DNA from: a virus
Lineage: Duplodnaviria; Caudoviricetes
Length of the DNA stretch: 36,880 nt
IMG/VR virus record: IMGVR_UViG_3300020045_014840
Coordinates: 1-36,880 of that record
Reading direction: 5' to 3' (one strand)
Shown: one piece after another, positions 26,264-34,717 of the stretch
Layout: every line of letters starts with the position of its first letter
Numbering within the stretch: position 1 is the first letter of the stretch
Notes under the pieces: model-generated
Database searches by the model: none
What the model was told of the DNA's origin: nothing
The model's input: the letters and a program-made list of their open reading frames with translations, nothing else
Made by a program: the position numbers and the translations under genes

Positions 26264-26485
26264 ATGAAAGTGATATACGAATTTGACCCGTACGAAGACA
26301 AAGAAGAGCTGAAAATGATCCAGCGGGCAAGTGATTATCACTCGGTTCTCTGGGATGTGACAGGCCTCATACGCGACTATCACAAGTATCATGAGACTGA
26401 AGAAGATGAACTAAAGAATCTGAAAGATCTCCTGAATAAGATTGAAAGGGAACTTGAAGGCTACGGATATTGGGAACAGGATTGA
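26264..26485 (+). CDS. Hypothetical phage protein
   Basis: MKVIYEFDPYED...DYHSVLWD pattern common in phages. Confidence 0.7.
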   Translation: MKVIYEFDPYEDKEELKMIQRASDYHSVLWDVTGLIRDYHKYHETEEDELKNLKDLLNKIERELEGYGYWEQD

Positions 26486-26486
26486 T

Positions 26487-26663
26487 ATGGCAAAAGATTG
26501 GATCGCGGGAGCGATAAAGAATAAGGGTTCGTTAAGAAAGGAACTCGGGGTTAAAAAAGGGAAAACCATCCCTAAGTCCAAATTGAAGGCTGCGGCGAAG
26601 AAGAAAGGCAAGATAGGTCAAAGAGCTAGATTAGCTGAGACCCTTTCTAAATTGAGGAAATAA
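26487..26663 (+). CDS. Small basic protein
   Basis: MAKDWIAGAIKNKGSLRKELGVKKGKTIP...RARLAETL; AGGA SD places start at 26487. Confidence 0.8.
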   Translation: MAKDWIAGAIKNKGSLRKELGVKKGKTIPKSKLKAAAKKKGKIGQRARLAETLSKLRK

Positions 26664-26800
26664 TGCCATTCAAATCAGAAGCGCAAAAAAAATGGATGTA
26701 TGCCAACAAACCAGAAATGGCCAAGGAATGGCAAGCGGAAACACCGAAGGGCAAAAAACTCCCTAAGAAATTAAAAAAGAAAAGGAAGATTAAGAAATGA
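26663..26800 (+). CDS. Small basic protein (45 aa, not in ORF track)
   Basis: MPFKSEAQKKWMYANKPEMAKEW...; GAGGA SD, TAATG and ATGA overlaps. Confidence 0.8.
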   Translation: MPFKSEAQKKWMYANKPEMAKEWQAETPKGKKLPKKLKKKRKIKK

Positions 26801-27009
26801 AAAAGAAAAAGCCCAAGGGCCGGATGGTATCAGGCAAGAAGTACGCCCAGGACCTAGAGAAGTATGACGACAAGGAAGCAGATGTCGATAATCACCCATC
26901 CAGGCGCCCTAAAGATATAGCAGATGCTCTAGCCAAGTCTAAAGGCTCAAGAAGCAAGAAGCCACGGGTGAAGCCACAGAAGAAAATGGCCGGTCGCGGT
27001 AGGAGGTAA
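26797..27009 (+). CDS. Small basic protein
   Basis: 70 aa Lys/Arg-rich. Confidence 0.7.
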   Translation: MKKKKPKGRMVSGKKYAQDLEKYDDKEADVDNHPSRRPKDIADALAKSKGSRSKKPRVKPQKKMAGRGRR

Positions 27010-27650
27010 TTATCGTCTGGAATAGCACCGCTCCTGACGGCAGCAAGTCAGTAGATCAGAATCAACCTATTCTACAGCAAAACACGACCTATATCGAAAC
27101 AGAAATGAATAAAGATCACTTCTGGAATATAGGAGCTAATGAAGATGGTCATCACCAATTCGCTCAAATGCAATCTACGAACGTAGATGATCCTACGTTG
27201 GCCACTAATCCTACCTTGGCGACGGGGATGGATCTCGTTTATTACACTAGGAAAAAGATCGCCGCTGAGTCTACTTCTCAGCAAGACATGCAGCCCTTCG
27301 CTAGGACGACGGGAGCTATTATGCAGCTTCTGGGAATCAGAGCAATGGCACTCTTTGATGTGAACGGAACTCTTGCTTATGCTCATAATGTGACAAGTGT
27401 GACTCATCAGGCGACAGGAAGATATTCAGTTGCATTTACCACAGCCCTTCCATCGGACAACTATGCAGTGATCGGAGGGGGAATGGCAAATACTTCAAAT
27501 TCCACCTTTACTCCTATGCAAGTAGGACAAAGCAGCGGTGCTTCTGTGGCTGCTAGGAAAAACACAACAAGCGCTATCATTCTTTGTAGTATAAGTGGTG
27601 GAACTTTAGCTGATCCTCTTCAAGCTTGGGTCATCATGTTTGGGGGATAG
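27009..27650 (+). CDS. Virion-region protein, probably with non-canonical ATT/ATC start
   Basis: Frame open from 27003; AGGAGG at 27001; extension VWNSTAPDGSKSV...; C-terminal HNVTSV...TGRYSVAFTTALPSDNYAV fibre-tip-like motif. Confidence 0.7.
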   Translation: MIVWNSTAPDGSKSVDQNQPILQQNTTYIETEMNKDHFWNIGANEDGHHQFAQMQSTNVDDPTLATNPTLATGMDLVYYTRKKIAAESTSQQDMQPFARTTGAIMQLLGIRAMALFDVNGTLAYAHNVTSVTHQATGRYSVAFTTALPSDNYAVIGGGMANTSNSTFTPMQVGQSSGASVAARKNTTSAIILCSISGGTLADPLQAWVIMFGG

Positions 27651-29513
27651 ATGGATGTCATCGAGATTGCTGGATTCCCGACAGGGATTGATAGATCCGG
27701 CGTAGACTTTGAAGAACCTCTCGATGCGCTGGAAGTTTTACGAAACGGCTACGTCTATCGCCAGGAGCTAAAGTCTAGACTTGGCTTTTCGCAGTTCTCT
27801 TCTGGAAGACTCGCTGGCAATACCAGAGTGATGGGGATCTTTGAAAATATCCATCCAGATGGCACGAGAGAATCTCTCATCGTCGACAAGAAATATCTTT
27901 ATACCTACAACTCTGGCACAAACACATATGACCAAGTCGCCTTCACGAGTGCCGATCCCATAGTAGACTTTGGGATTACCAATAACGAAGATTACGTATC
28001 TGGGACCACCTATCTCACTAAGACAGGCACGAAGAGGTTTGTTTTCACGGGAAAGGGCATGTCTGACATCTATTTCTATGAGACAGCTGTCGGAGGGGTC
28101 AAGAGGTTTACAAATGCCGTAGACAATCCCGATTACCAAGCCCCAGCGGCCGGAGCCCTCACAAAGGCCACAACAGTGATCTGGTTCGGGGAAAGACTAA
28201 ACTTCTTCTCTCCTGTCATAGCTTCTCAAGTCCAAGCCCAAGCCATTCTTTATAGTGCTATTAGAGACTCTTCAGGAAACGGAGACAAATTCAACTCGCC
28301 AGGTGCAGGCACAGCTGTATGTGACACATACGAAACCATGAATGGTGCAGTCACGAATGGCGATGTAGTCGTAATGACATTCCAAAGATCCACGTGGGTA
28401 CTAGAGAAGACGCGAGATGCCTTTACACCATATTTCACGAGAAAAGTTCCTTCAGTCTTAGGAACAGATGCCCCATTCTCTGGCGTAGCGTGGAACTATG
28501 AAGTGAAATCGATCGGTCAAACGGGGCTCTTGACTACGGATGCACGGCAATCATTAAGATTTGATAATCGTCTCCCTTATATTACACAGGATGAATTCGA
28601 TCAGGAAGAATTCCAGCTCACTTATGGAGGTTTTGATAGGATAAATGGCCAATTTCTGTGGGCGTATAGGGATACAGAATCTCAACTAACTGATCTGACT
28701 CAAGACAAGGTGCTGGTTTATAATTACGAATTCTCTACCTGGGCCATTAACGATCAAAGATTCAGCTGTTTCGGTCAAACTATCCAAGGACAGAACCTCA
28801 CATGGAATGACATCAACGAAACAAATAACCCTTCATGGCTTAGATGGGATACGACAGAAGAAATATGGAATAAAATTGGAAAAGGTGCAGAAGTTCAAAA
28901 GACACTTGCAGGAGACAATCTAGGCTTCGTATATCAGATAAACACCGACTACGACGATTACTTTGTCGCAGTGTCAGGCATAAGTAAGGCAAGCAGCGCC
29001 GTTGCCACCGTTGCTGCTTCTGCCTTCCAGGTAGGCGACAATGTAATATTTGAAAACGTGGAAGGGATGACGGAAATCAATGGAATTGAATGTACCGTCA
29101 CCGCAGCGACAACGACTAGCATCACAGTCAACATAGACTCTACAAATTTCACGACTTATACAGGAGCTGGATCTCTTTCCAAGCTGATTGAGTTTGAGGC
29201 TGAATTTAGCCCATTTAATCCTTATAGGAAAGAAGGAAGAAAAGTCTATGTATCGCATGTAGAAGTGCTTCTCAACACTCATGCAGGAGGTCTATATGTA
29301 GACATCTATGAAGATGAGGAGGAATCTCCATTCAAGACATCCCATCTGGTTCCTAGCGATGAAACGACAAGTACTAGAGAATGGATCACCTTCATCGTCG
29401 ATCAGGAAAGCAACTTCATGACTTTTGTCTTCCGCAATAACAGCGCAGGCGATCAAACAATCATCACTTCCATTAGAATCCATTGCAGTAGAGGGGCGTT
29501 CACCGATGGCTAA
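27651..29513 (+). CDS. Putative tail nozzle/stabilisation protein (P22 gp10 / T7 gp12 analogue) with FCCH-like insert
   Basis: 620 aa beta-rich, NGYV...LKSRLGF N-terminus, KVLVYNY...W; position between adaptor and ejection genes. Confidence 0.65.
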   Translation: MDVIEIAGFPTGIDRSGVDFEEPLDALEVLRNGYVYRQELKSRLGFSQFSSGRLAGNTRVMGIFENIHPDGTRESLIVDKKYLYTYNSGTNTYDQVAFTSADPIVDFGITNNEDYVSGTTYLTKTGTKRFVFTGKGMSDIYFYETAVGGVKRFTNAVDNPDYQAPAAGALTKATTVIWFGERLNFFSPVIASQVQAQAILYSAIRDSSGNGDKFNSPGAGTAVCDTYETMNGAVTNGDVVVMTFQRSTWVLEKTRDAFTPYFTRKVPSVLGTDAPFSGVAWNYEVKSIGQTGLLTTDARQSLRFDNRLPYITQDEFDQEEFQLTYGGFDRINGQFLWAYRDTESQLTDLTQDKVLVYNYEFSTWAINDQRFSCFGQTIQGQNLTWNDINETNNPSWLRWDTTEEIWNKIGKGAEVQKTLAGDNLGFVYQINTDYDDYFVAVSGISKASSAVATVAASAFQVGDNVIFENVEGMTEINGIECTVTAATTTSITVNIDSTNFTTYTGAGSLSKLIEFEAEFSPFNPYRKEGRKVYVSHVEVLLNTHAGGLYVDIYEDEEESPFKTSHLVPSDETTSTREWITFIVDQESNFMTFVFRNNSAGDQTIITSIRIHCSRGAFTDG

Positions 29514-29772
29514 AGTTCCAGAATACTATCAGATCGGCGATCGATCTAATATGACGGTAGAAAGACTCCTCGTCATAGTGGAAAATATGTATCGGGATCT
29601 CGCTACTGCGGTTAATAAGAAACCAGACGTGTATCAGCGTGCAAGTAATGGGCTTACGACTGATACTTTCTTATCCAACGGAGATTTAAATATCAATACA
29701 TCAACAAGAAGAGTTGAGATGCTGACCGAGCACAGTTCTACATCGGCGGTTGTCTGGACAGTTCTTAGTTAA
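29506..29772 (+). CDS. Hypothetical tail-region protein
   Basis: MAKVPEYYQ start with GAGGGG SD overlapping the previous gene. Confidence 0.7.
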   Translation: MAKVPEYYQIGDRSNMTVERLLVIVENMYRDLATAVNKKPDVYQRASNGLTTDTFLSNGDLNINTSTRRVEMLTEHSSTSAVVWTVLS

Positions 29773-29784
29773 AGGAATAATTAT

Positions 29785-30432
29785 ATGGCAGCAGCATGGC
29801 TCCCCGCTCTCTTCTCCGCAGGCGCAAGCTTAGGAGGAGCCTATTTATCCAGTAGAGGCAAGAAAGAAACCAAGATCCAGTCACAACAGCGCCACTTGAT
29901 CGACGACCTTCTGAACTCGCTCAAGGGGAGAGGATCGTATAACGATCTATTTACTGCGAGCGAGGAAGATTTTAATAGGTCATTTAGAGATCCGGCGATG
30001 CAAAGGTTCAGAAGTCAGGTAACGCCACAAATTCAACAGGGATTCATCGCCAGCGGCCAGCAAAGGGGAACTTCGCTCGATGATACTTTAACTAGAGCCG
30101 GCGTAGATATGGATCAACTCCTCAATCAACATTACATGCAATACCAGCAAGGGGCGATGGATAGAAGAGCGGGAGCTTTGAATAGTATCTTAGGACAGGG
30201 AGCTGGAGCGCCTAGACAGATGAGTGGCGGAGAAGCTTTAGGACAGGGGATCAGTGGTTATCTCTCTCAACCAGGGGCTAAGGATGATATCTCAGCGATC
30301 ATCAATTCAATTCTTGGACAAAAACCACAAGATGATCAAAGAAATCTACTTCCTGATGTTTATATGCCGCAGCCTAAAGGATTTGAGAAAGATCCTCAAT
30401 ATTATGATCCATATTCAGGAGTCATGCGATGA
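29785..30432 (+). CDS. Putative DNA ejection/pilot protein (gp7-like)
   Basis: Ala/Gly-rich hydrophobic N-terminus MAAAWLPALFSAGASLGGAYL, Gln-rich body; AAGGA SD. Confidence 0.65.
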   Translation: MAAAWLPALFSAGASLGGAYLSSRGKKETKIQSQQRHLIDDLLNSLKGRGSYNDLFTASEEDFNRSFRDPAMQRFRSQVTPQIQQGFIASGQQRGTSLDDTLTRAGVDMDQLLNQHYMQYQQGAMDRRAGALNSILGQGAGAPRQMSGGEALGQGISGYLSQPGAKDDISAIINSILGQKPQDDQRNLLPDVYMPQPKGFEKDPQYYDPYSGVMR

Positions 30433-31178
30433 GTGCCCCATCCCCATTTGATGTAGGAAGATCGATCGGACAAAATGTAAGCGGAGCTTTTAAAGAACAA
30501 AGAGACAGGAGCGCCTTAGACGATATCTTAAGTCAAGCCATGAATGCGGAAGACCCAGAATCACATAATGACGTGATCCGTCAAATCATCATGCGCGTAT
30601 CCCCAGAAAGGCGTCCAGAAGCCTTACAGTTCGTTCAGGCGCGACAGCAACAGTTACAGAGCCAGCAAATGAGACAGAGGCAGCAACAGGCGTTGCAGAG
30701 CCAAGGAATCGATCCCAGCGTTGCGAACTTAGAGCCAAGCGTGCAGAAGGAGTTTATTAAAAGTAGAGGCAAACAGCAACAAGAGTCAGCTGGCCAAGAC
30801 GCCACTCAGAGAGCTTTCACTAGACTTCGCGAACTCCACAAAAAGGGAAAAGTTGGATTTGGATCAACTATTACTCCGGCTTTCATGGGAGAAGAACAGG
30901 CACAAGATGTAGGAGAATTCAATTCACTTAGTGGTGCGCTAGAAGCTGCCCTTGTAGATAAAGTAAGCCGAGGAACTCTATCTAACGCCCGCTTCAAGTA
31001 CATCACAGAAACGCTTCTTCCTAAACCTGGAGATCGCTTAAAGACCATCGAAGGTAAGCTTAAAGGTCTGGCCGATGTGTTAGGTCTAAAAATGGAAGAT
31101 CTCCCAGAGATAGAACAAAAACAAAAAAGTAAAGAACGCCAAAAACCCAAGCTGTCATTGAAGGATATTTTCAAATGA
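30429..31178 (+). CDS. Putative DNA ejection protein (gp20-like)
   Basis: Gln-rich helical protein, ATGA coupling, AGGAG SD. Confidence 0.6.
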   Translation: MSAPSPFDVGRSIGQNVSGAFKEQRDRSALDDILSQAMNAEDPESHNDVIRQIIMRVSPERRPEALQFVQARQQQLQSQQMRQRQQQALQSQGIDPSVANLEPSVQKEFIKSRGKQQQESAGQDATQRAFTRLRELHKKGKVGFGSTITPAFMGEEQAQDVGEFNSLSGALEAALVDKVSRGTLSNARFKYITETLLPKPGDRLKTIEGKLKGLADVLGLKMEDLPEIEQKQKSKERQKPKLSLKDIFK

Positions 31179-33193
31179 ACCCTTTTGAAAAGGCCAGAAA
31201 AGAAGGTTATTCTGACAAGGAAATATTTGAATACCTTCAGTCAGATGAAAAGTACTCCTCAAAAATAAAAAAAGCCAAATCTGAAGGCTACAGCGATGAA
31301 GACATATCTTCCTTTCTCTCTAAGTCTCCAGAGAAAGAAAAGCCTCAACGCCCTTTCTATGAACAATATATAGAGCGCCCCACACAGGTATTAGGACAGA
31401 GTGCAGCAGCGGGATTGAGATCTTTGCCACGGAGTGCCTTTGACCTGTTAAAAGCTGGAGTGCAAGGTGCTGGCGGGGATATCTCTAAACTAGAAGAAGC
31501 GCAAGCGAACGCCCCTCAATGGTTAAAAGACACGGCAAGCGAGACATTCCCAAGTTACGAAGAAATGAGACAGCGCCAAATTCAAGAAGGAGGAGCACAA
31601 GCTGAAGGACCGTTCGAAAAGGGGATAGAAAAACTAGGAAGATTTGCTGGAGAAGCTCCGTACTTTGGAGGGATTGGAGGAATACGAGGAGCAGCGGGGA
31701 TCGTAGGAGCAGCGGCAGGAGCGCAAGCAGGAGAAGAAATGGATCTAAATCCCTTGGGACAAGCTGCACTCACATTAACTGGGTCTTTCTTAGGACATAC
31801 TGCACCTACTCCCTTTCAGAAACTCTCCAAGCAAAAATTGACTCCAGAAGTAGAAAGCTATATTAAAGCCAGCAAAGAACTGGGGATTGATCCGCTTCTC
31901 ACTGGGATGAATCCCAATCAAATCCAGAAAGTAGCACAGAAATGGGCTACCCACGGTATTGGTGGCCCTGAAATCCTTCAAGAGGCGTACAAGAGAAGAT
32001 CTCTCCAAGTGGCTAATGCATTTGAAAAGGCTATGGATGAAGCAGGAGAGAACTTATTCAGGGAACCAGAACAAGCGGGGCAAGCTCTTAAAGAAGGAAT
32101 CACCGATGCTACAAAACAGATAGAACATACTAAATCTCAACTTTATCGTGCCGTAGACAAGACCCTTCCAAAAGACGCAACAATCAAAATAGCTGATCCC
32201 GTCAAATTAGAGAATCATCTTAAATCATCACTGGAAGCCTTAGAAGACAGTCTTGCATTAGCTCCGGCCGAATCTTCCGTAAATCTGCGTCTTAAAAAGC
32301 TGAAAGGGAATCTAGAAAGCCTTCTCGATGTGCGGGACAATGAATTTCCTATTAAAACTTTAGAGGACACCAGCAGGTCTTTACATGACGTAATCAAATA
32401 TGAAAGACCTGGAGGAGCAGACAAGCTTCTCATTCCATTCGATCGCGCTATTAGAAAAGAGTTAGACAATTATGGAAAGATCAATCCCAAGTATGCTACT
32501 GCGCGTAAAGCGGCTAATGAATACTTTGCTAATGATGTCGTCCATATCCGTCAAAACCTTCTCCAATCAATAGCACGTAGCGAAAGACCAGAAAGCACGC
32601 TTGCCATCATGAATACAGTGAGTGGCATAAAGAATGTAGAGCGTGCGCTGAATTCTCTTCCTAATGGGAAGAAGATGACAGAGGCTCTGAAGAGATACAA
32701 GCTCCAATCCATGCTCAAAGACAAACTCATCGATGGGTCTACCGGACTGATGAAGGTAGGAGGATTAAAAAACTTCCTTAACAGGAAAACGGATCAGTAT
32801 CCAGTATTCAGAGAACTCGCAGGACCTAAAGGAATAAGAACCCTCAAACTTCTGGAAGAATCAGGAAAAGGACTAGAGAAAGGCTTTAACAATCTAGTTA
32901 ACCCATCAAAGACGGCTGACACTCTGATAGCCATTCAATCAGTCGTAGGACCATTTGAAAGAATTAATGAAGGGGTTACAAAAGGGCTACAAGGAAACTT
33001 AATCGGGGGAGCATCTGAAGCTGCTTTGGGAGCGGCTGGAATCTTAGCCCCTAAATGGGTAGCCAAAATAATCTTAAAACCTAAACTGGCGGAACAGGTA
33101 TTCGCCCTTTCAAAAGCGGCTCAAAAATCAGACTGGAAAGCTTTCAATAGAATCTTGGACATTTTGGACGATGATCTTAAAAAAGAAGATTGA
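31175..33193 (+). CDS. Putative large DNA ejection protein (gp16-like)
   Basis: Twin KAxxEGYSDxxI repeats at the N-terminus, Gly/Ala-rich segments, last gene of the structural operon. Confidence 0.65.
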   Translation: MNPFEKARKEGYSDKEIFEYLQSDEKYSSKIKKAKSEGYSDEDISSFLSKSPEKEKPQRPFYEQYIERPTQVLGQSAAAGLRSLPRSAFDLLKAGVQGAGGDISKLEEAQANAPQWLKDTASETFPSYEEMRQRQIQEGGAQAEGPFEKGIEKLGRFAGEAPYFGGIGGIRGAAGIVGAAAGAQAGEEMDLNPLGQAALTLTGSFLGHTAPTPFQKLSKQKLTPEVESYIKASKELGIDPLLTGMNPNQIQKVAQKWATHGIGGPEILQEAYKRRSLQVANAFEKAMDEAGENLFREPEQAGQALKEGITDATKQIEHTKSQLYRAVDKTLPKDATIKIADPVKLENHLKSSLEALEDSLALAPAESSVNLRLKKLKGNLESLLDVRDNEFPIKTLEDTSRSLHDVIKYERPGGADKLLIPFDRAIRKELDNYGKINPKYATARKAANEYFANDVVHIRQNLLQSIARSERPESTLAIMNTVSGIKNVERALNSLPNGKKMTEALKRYKLQSMLKDKLIDGSTGLMKVGGLKNFLNRKTDQYPVFRELAGPKGIRTLKLLEESGKGLEKGFNNLVNPSKTADTLIAIQSVVGPFERINEGVTKGLQGNLIGGASEAALGAAGILAPKWVAKIILKPKLAEQVFALSKAAQKSDWKAFNRILDILDDDLKKED

Positions 33194-33195
33194 TT

Positions 33196-33423
33196 TTATC
33201 GGTTTACTTCTTCTACGTGCCTTTGCCATGCATCTTTGATCTTTCTACGAAAAGGACGTGTTTTACATTCAATCTTTTCAGTTCCTACCTCAATACAACA
33301 TCCCATCATTAGAAAAGCCCAAAGTACAAAGAATCCCACAAAAAATATCCCAAGCGCCCATCCAAGGAAACTGAGAACAGCCGCTGAACCAAATAACAAT
33401 ATCATCACGATAAGAAAATTCAT
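33196..33423 (-). CDS. Two-TM membrane protein (holin-like)
   Basis: About 40-aa bilobed hydrophobic N-terminus and basic C-tail; GGAGG SD. Confidence 0.7.
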   Translation of the reverse strand: MNFLIVMILLFGSAAVLSFLGWALGIFFVGFFVLWAFLMMGCCIEVGTEKIECKTRPFRRKIKDAWQRHVEEVNR

Positions 33424-33441
33424 TCCTCCCCATTCAATCTT

Positions 33442-33582
33442 TTACAAGATCCTCTCTATAAAATATGTCATTCCTATTCCTACACACAATATCACACAAA
33501 ACACTATTCCATACCCTTCCAAGAAACTAAGAATTCCTGCCGACACAAATAGGACTATCGACGCAATAGTAAAAGGATTCAC
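33442..33582 (-). CDS. Two-TM membrane protein, probable paralog of 33196..33423 (GTG start)
   Basis: MNPFTIASIVLFVSAGILSFLEGYGIVFCVILCVGIGM; GTGA overlap with the upstream stop. Confidence 0.65.
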   Translation of the reverse strand: MNPFTIASIVLFVSAGILSFLEGYGIVFCVILCVGIGMTYFIERIL

Positions 33583-33782
33583 TCTTTCCCCCTTCGTCCT
33601 CTTTTCATCTCGCGCTCCATCATTTGGATGTATTTCTCTTCCAAGCGGCACAGGCGCCCGTGGAAGTCTGTAATGGCAGCGTGGAAGCCTTTCATTTCTT
33701 TCTGGGACTCCCTGTGAAGATACCAGACGGAGCCCACTGTAGAGGCTGCTATCGTTAGTGCGTGAAACCATTCCATTGTCAT
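33579..33782 (-). CDS. Single-TM plus coiled-coil protein
   Basis: (MT)MEWFHALTIAASTVGSVWYL...DFHGRLCRLEEKY; start placed by the promoter at 33789-33829. Confidence 0.75.
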   Translation of the reverse strand: MTMEWFHALTIAASTVGSVWYLHRESQKEMKGFHAAITDFHGRLCRLEEKYIQMMEREMKRGRRGKE

Positions 33783-33788
33783 AGCCAT

Positions 33789-33829
33789 ATGATAGGGGAC
33801 ACGTCTATTTATGTCCACACATTCCCACA
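33789..33829 (-). promoter_or_regulatory. Conserved phage promoter, copy C
   Basis: TGTGGGAATGTGTGGACA-N17-TATCAT on the minus strand. Confidence 0.7.
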
Positions 33830-33923
33830 TTTTACCCTTGCACAATCCATGCACAATACTAAGTCTCTGTAAGTGTATATGTTAATGCTTATGTAAAGGA
33901 GAAATTAGATAATGCCGACACAA

Positions 33924-34421
33924 TCAATCAGGCTGCTTGAAGTCGCCCCGCATACCCGCGGCTAGGAGCTTGGCGAAGTTCGTCGCCTCTTCCTGTTTGA
34001 TGCCGCGGTCGCGTTCAGCTTGGCGGTCTTTTAAGTGTTCTTCGTGATGGTAAAGCATCCGGTCATGAAGAGAGGCTGAACGATTGAAGGCCGCCTGATG
34101 TAACTCACCCTTAGCGAGTTTCTCTTCGCGATTACGCGCTATTCGCTCTTTTGCCTTGCGAAGAGCTAAGGAGAACTTAGGGCACTTCTCAGCAAAATCA
34201 CACAGATCTTGCGCTAGATATGGCTTGCGATCGGTGAAGGCATAAAGATTGATTGAAGTATCAGCCTGCGACCATTTATCAAGATCATCCGCTTCCTTTT
34301 CGTAGTCGTATTCGCGAGGCCGACCACCCCCATTATCTACTGAAAGCGTATGACCAGGTACAAATGGAGTTTTGTGATTAGACTTTTTTTTGGGCTTCTT
34401 TTCGGATTCGGTGGCGGCCAT
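33924..34421 (-). CDS. Putative terminase small subunit
   Basis: PFVPGH...GGRPREYD...FSLALRKAKERI..NRE pattern of TerS proteins; AGGGGG SD. Confidence 0.6.
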   Translation of the reverse strand: MAATESEKKPKKKSNHKTPFVPGHTLSVDNGGGRPREYDYEKEADDLDKWSQADTSINLYAFTDRKPYLAQDLCDFAEKCPKFSLALRKAKERIARNREEKLAKGELHQAAFNRSASLHDRMLYHHEEHLKDRQAERDRGIKQEEATNFAKLLAAGMRGDFKQPD

Positions 34422-34428
34422 AAGCCCC

Positions 34429-34614
34429 CTACCACTGATACTTGATTTTGACTAGAACATCAGTAGGGCTTCCTTTGAAGCGTCCTACCGTCTCATCGAC
34501 CATTCCCTTGAGCGCCAAGCTATCGTGGGAAAGAACCAATCCCTCTTCGTGTATTAAGAACTTCTGCGTCAAGGTTTGCTCGTCATCTGCAACTTTTATG
34601 GTCACTTCTATCAT
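34429..34614 (-). CDS. Hypothetical protein
   Basis: 61 aa co-oriented upstream of the TerS candidate. Confidence 0.7.
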   Translation of the reverse strand: MIEVTIKVADDEQTLTQKFLIHEEGLVLSHDSLALKGMVDETVGRFKGSPTDVLVKIKYQW

Positions 34615-34670
34615 TTAAATTTGAATATAGGAGGAAGTAATAATTTGAAGCGAGAATATTTTTATAAATC

Positions 34671-34711
34671 TGTGGGTAGGTGTGGACAATATATGGGAGA
34701 TATGCCATCAT
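34671..34711 (+). promoter_or_regulatory. Conserved phage promoter, copy B (early operon)
   Basis: TGTGGGTAGGTGTGGACA-N17-CATCAT with extended -10 TG. Confidence 0.7.
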
Positions 34712-34717
34712 ATAGCC

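Noticed and set aside
33236-33673. 145-aa + strand ORF
   Set aside because: Antisense shadow of the hydrophobic minus-strand membrane genes
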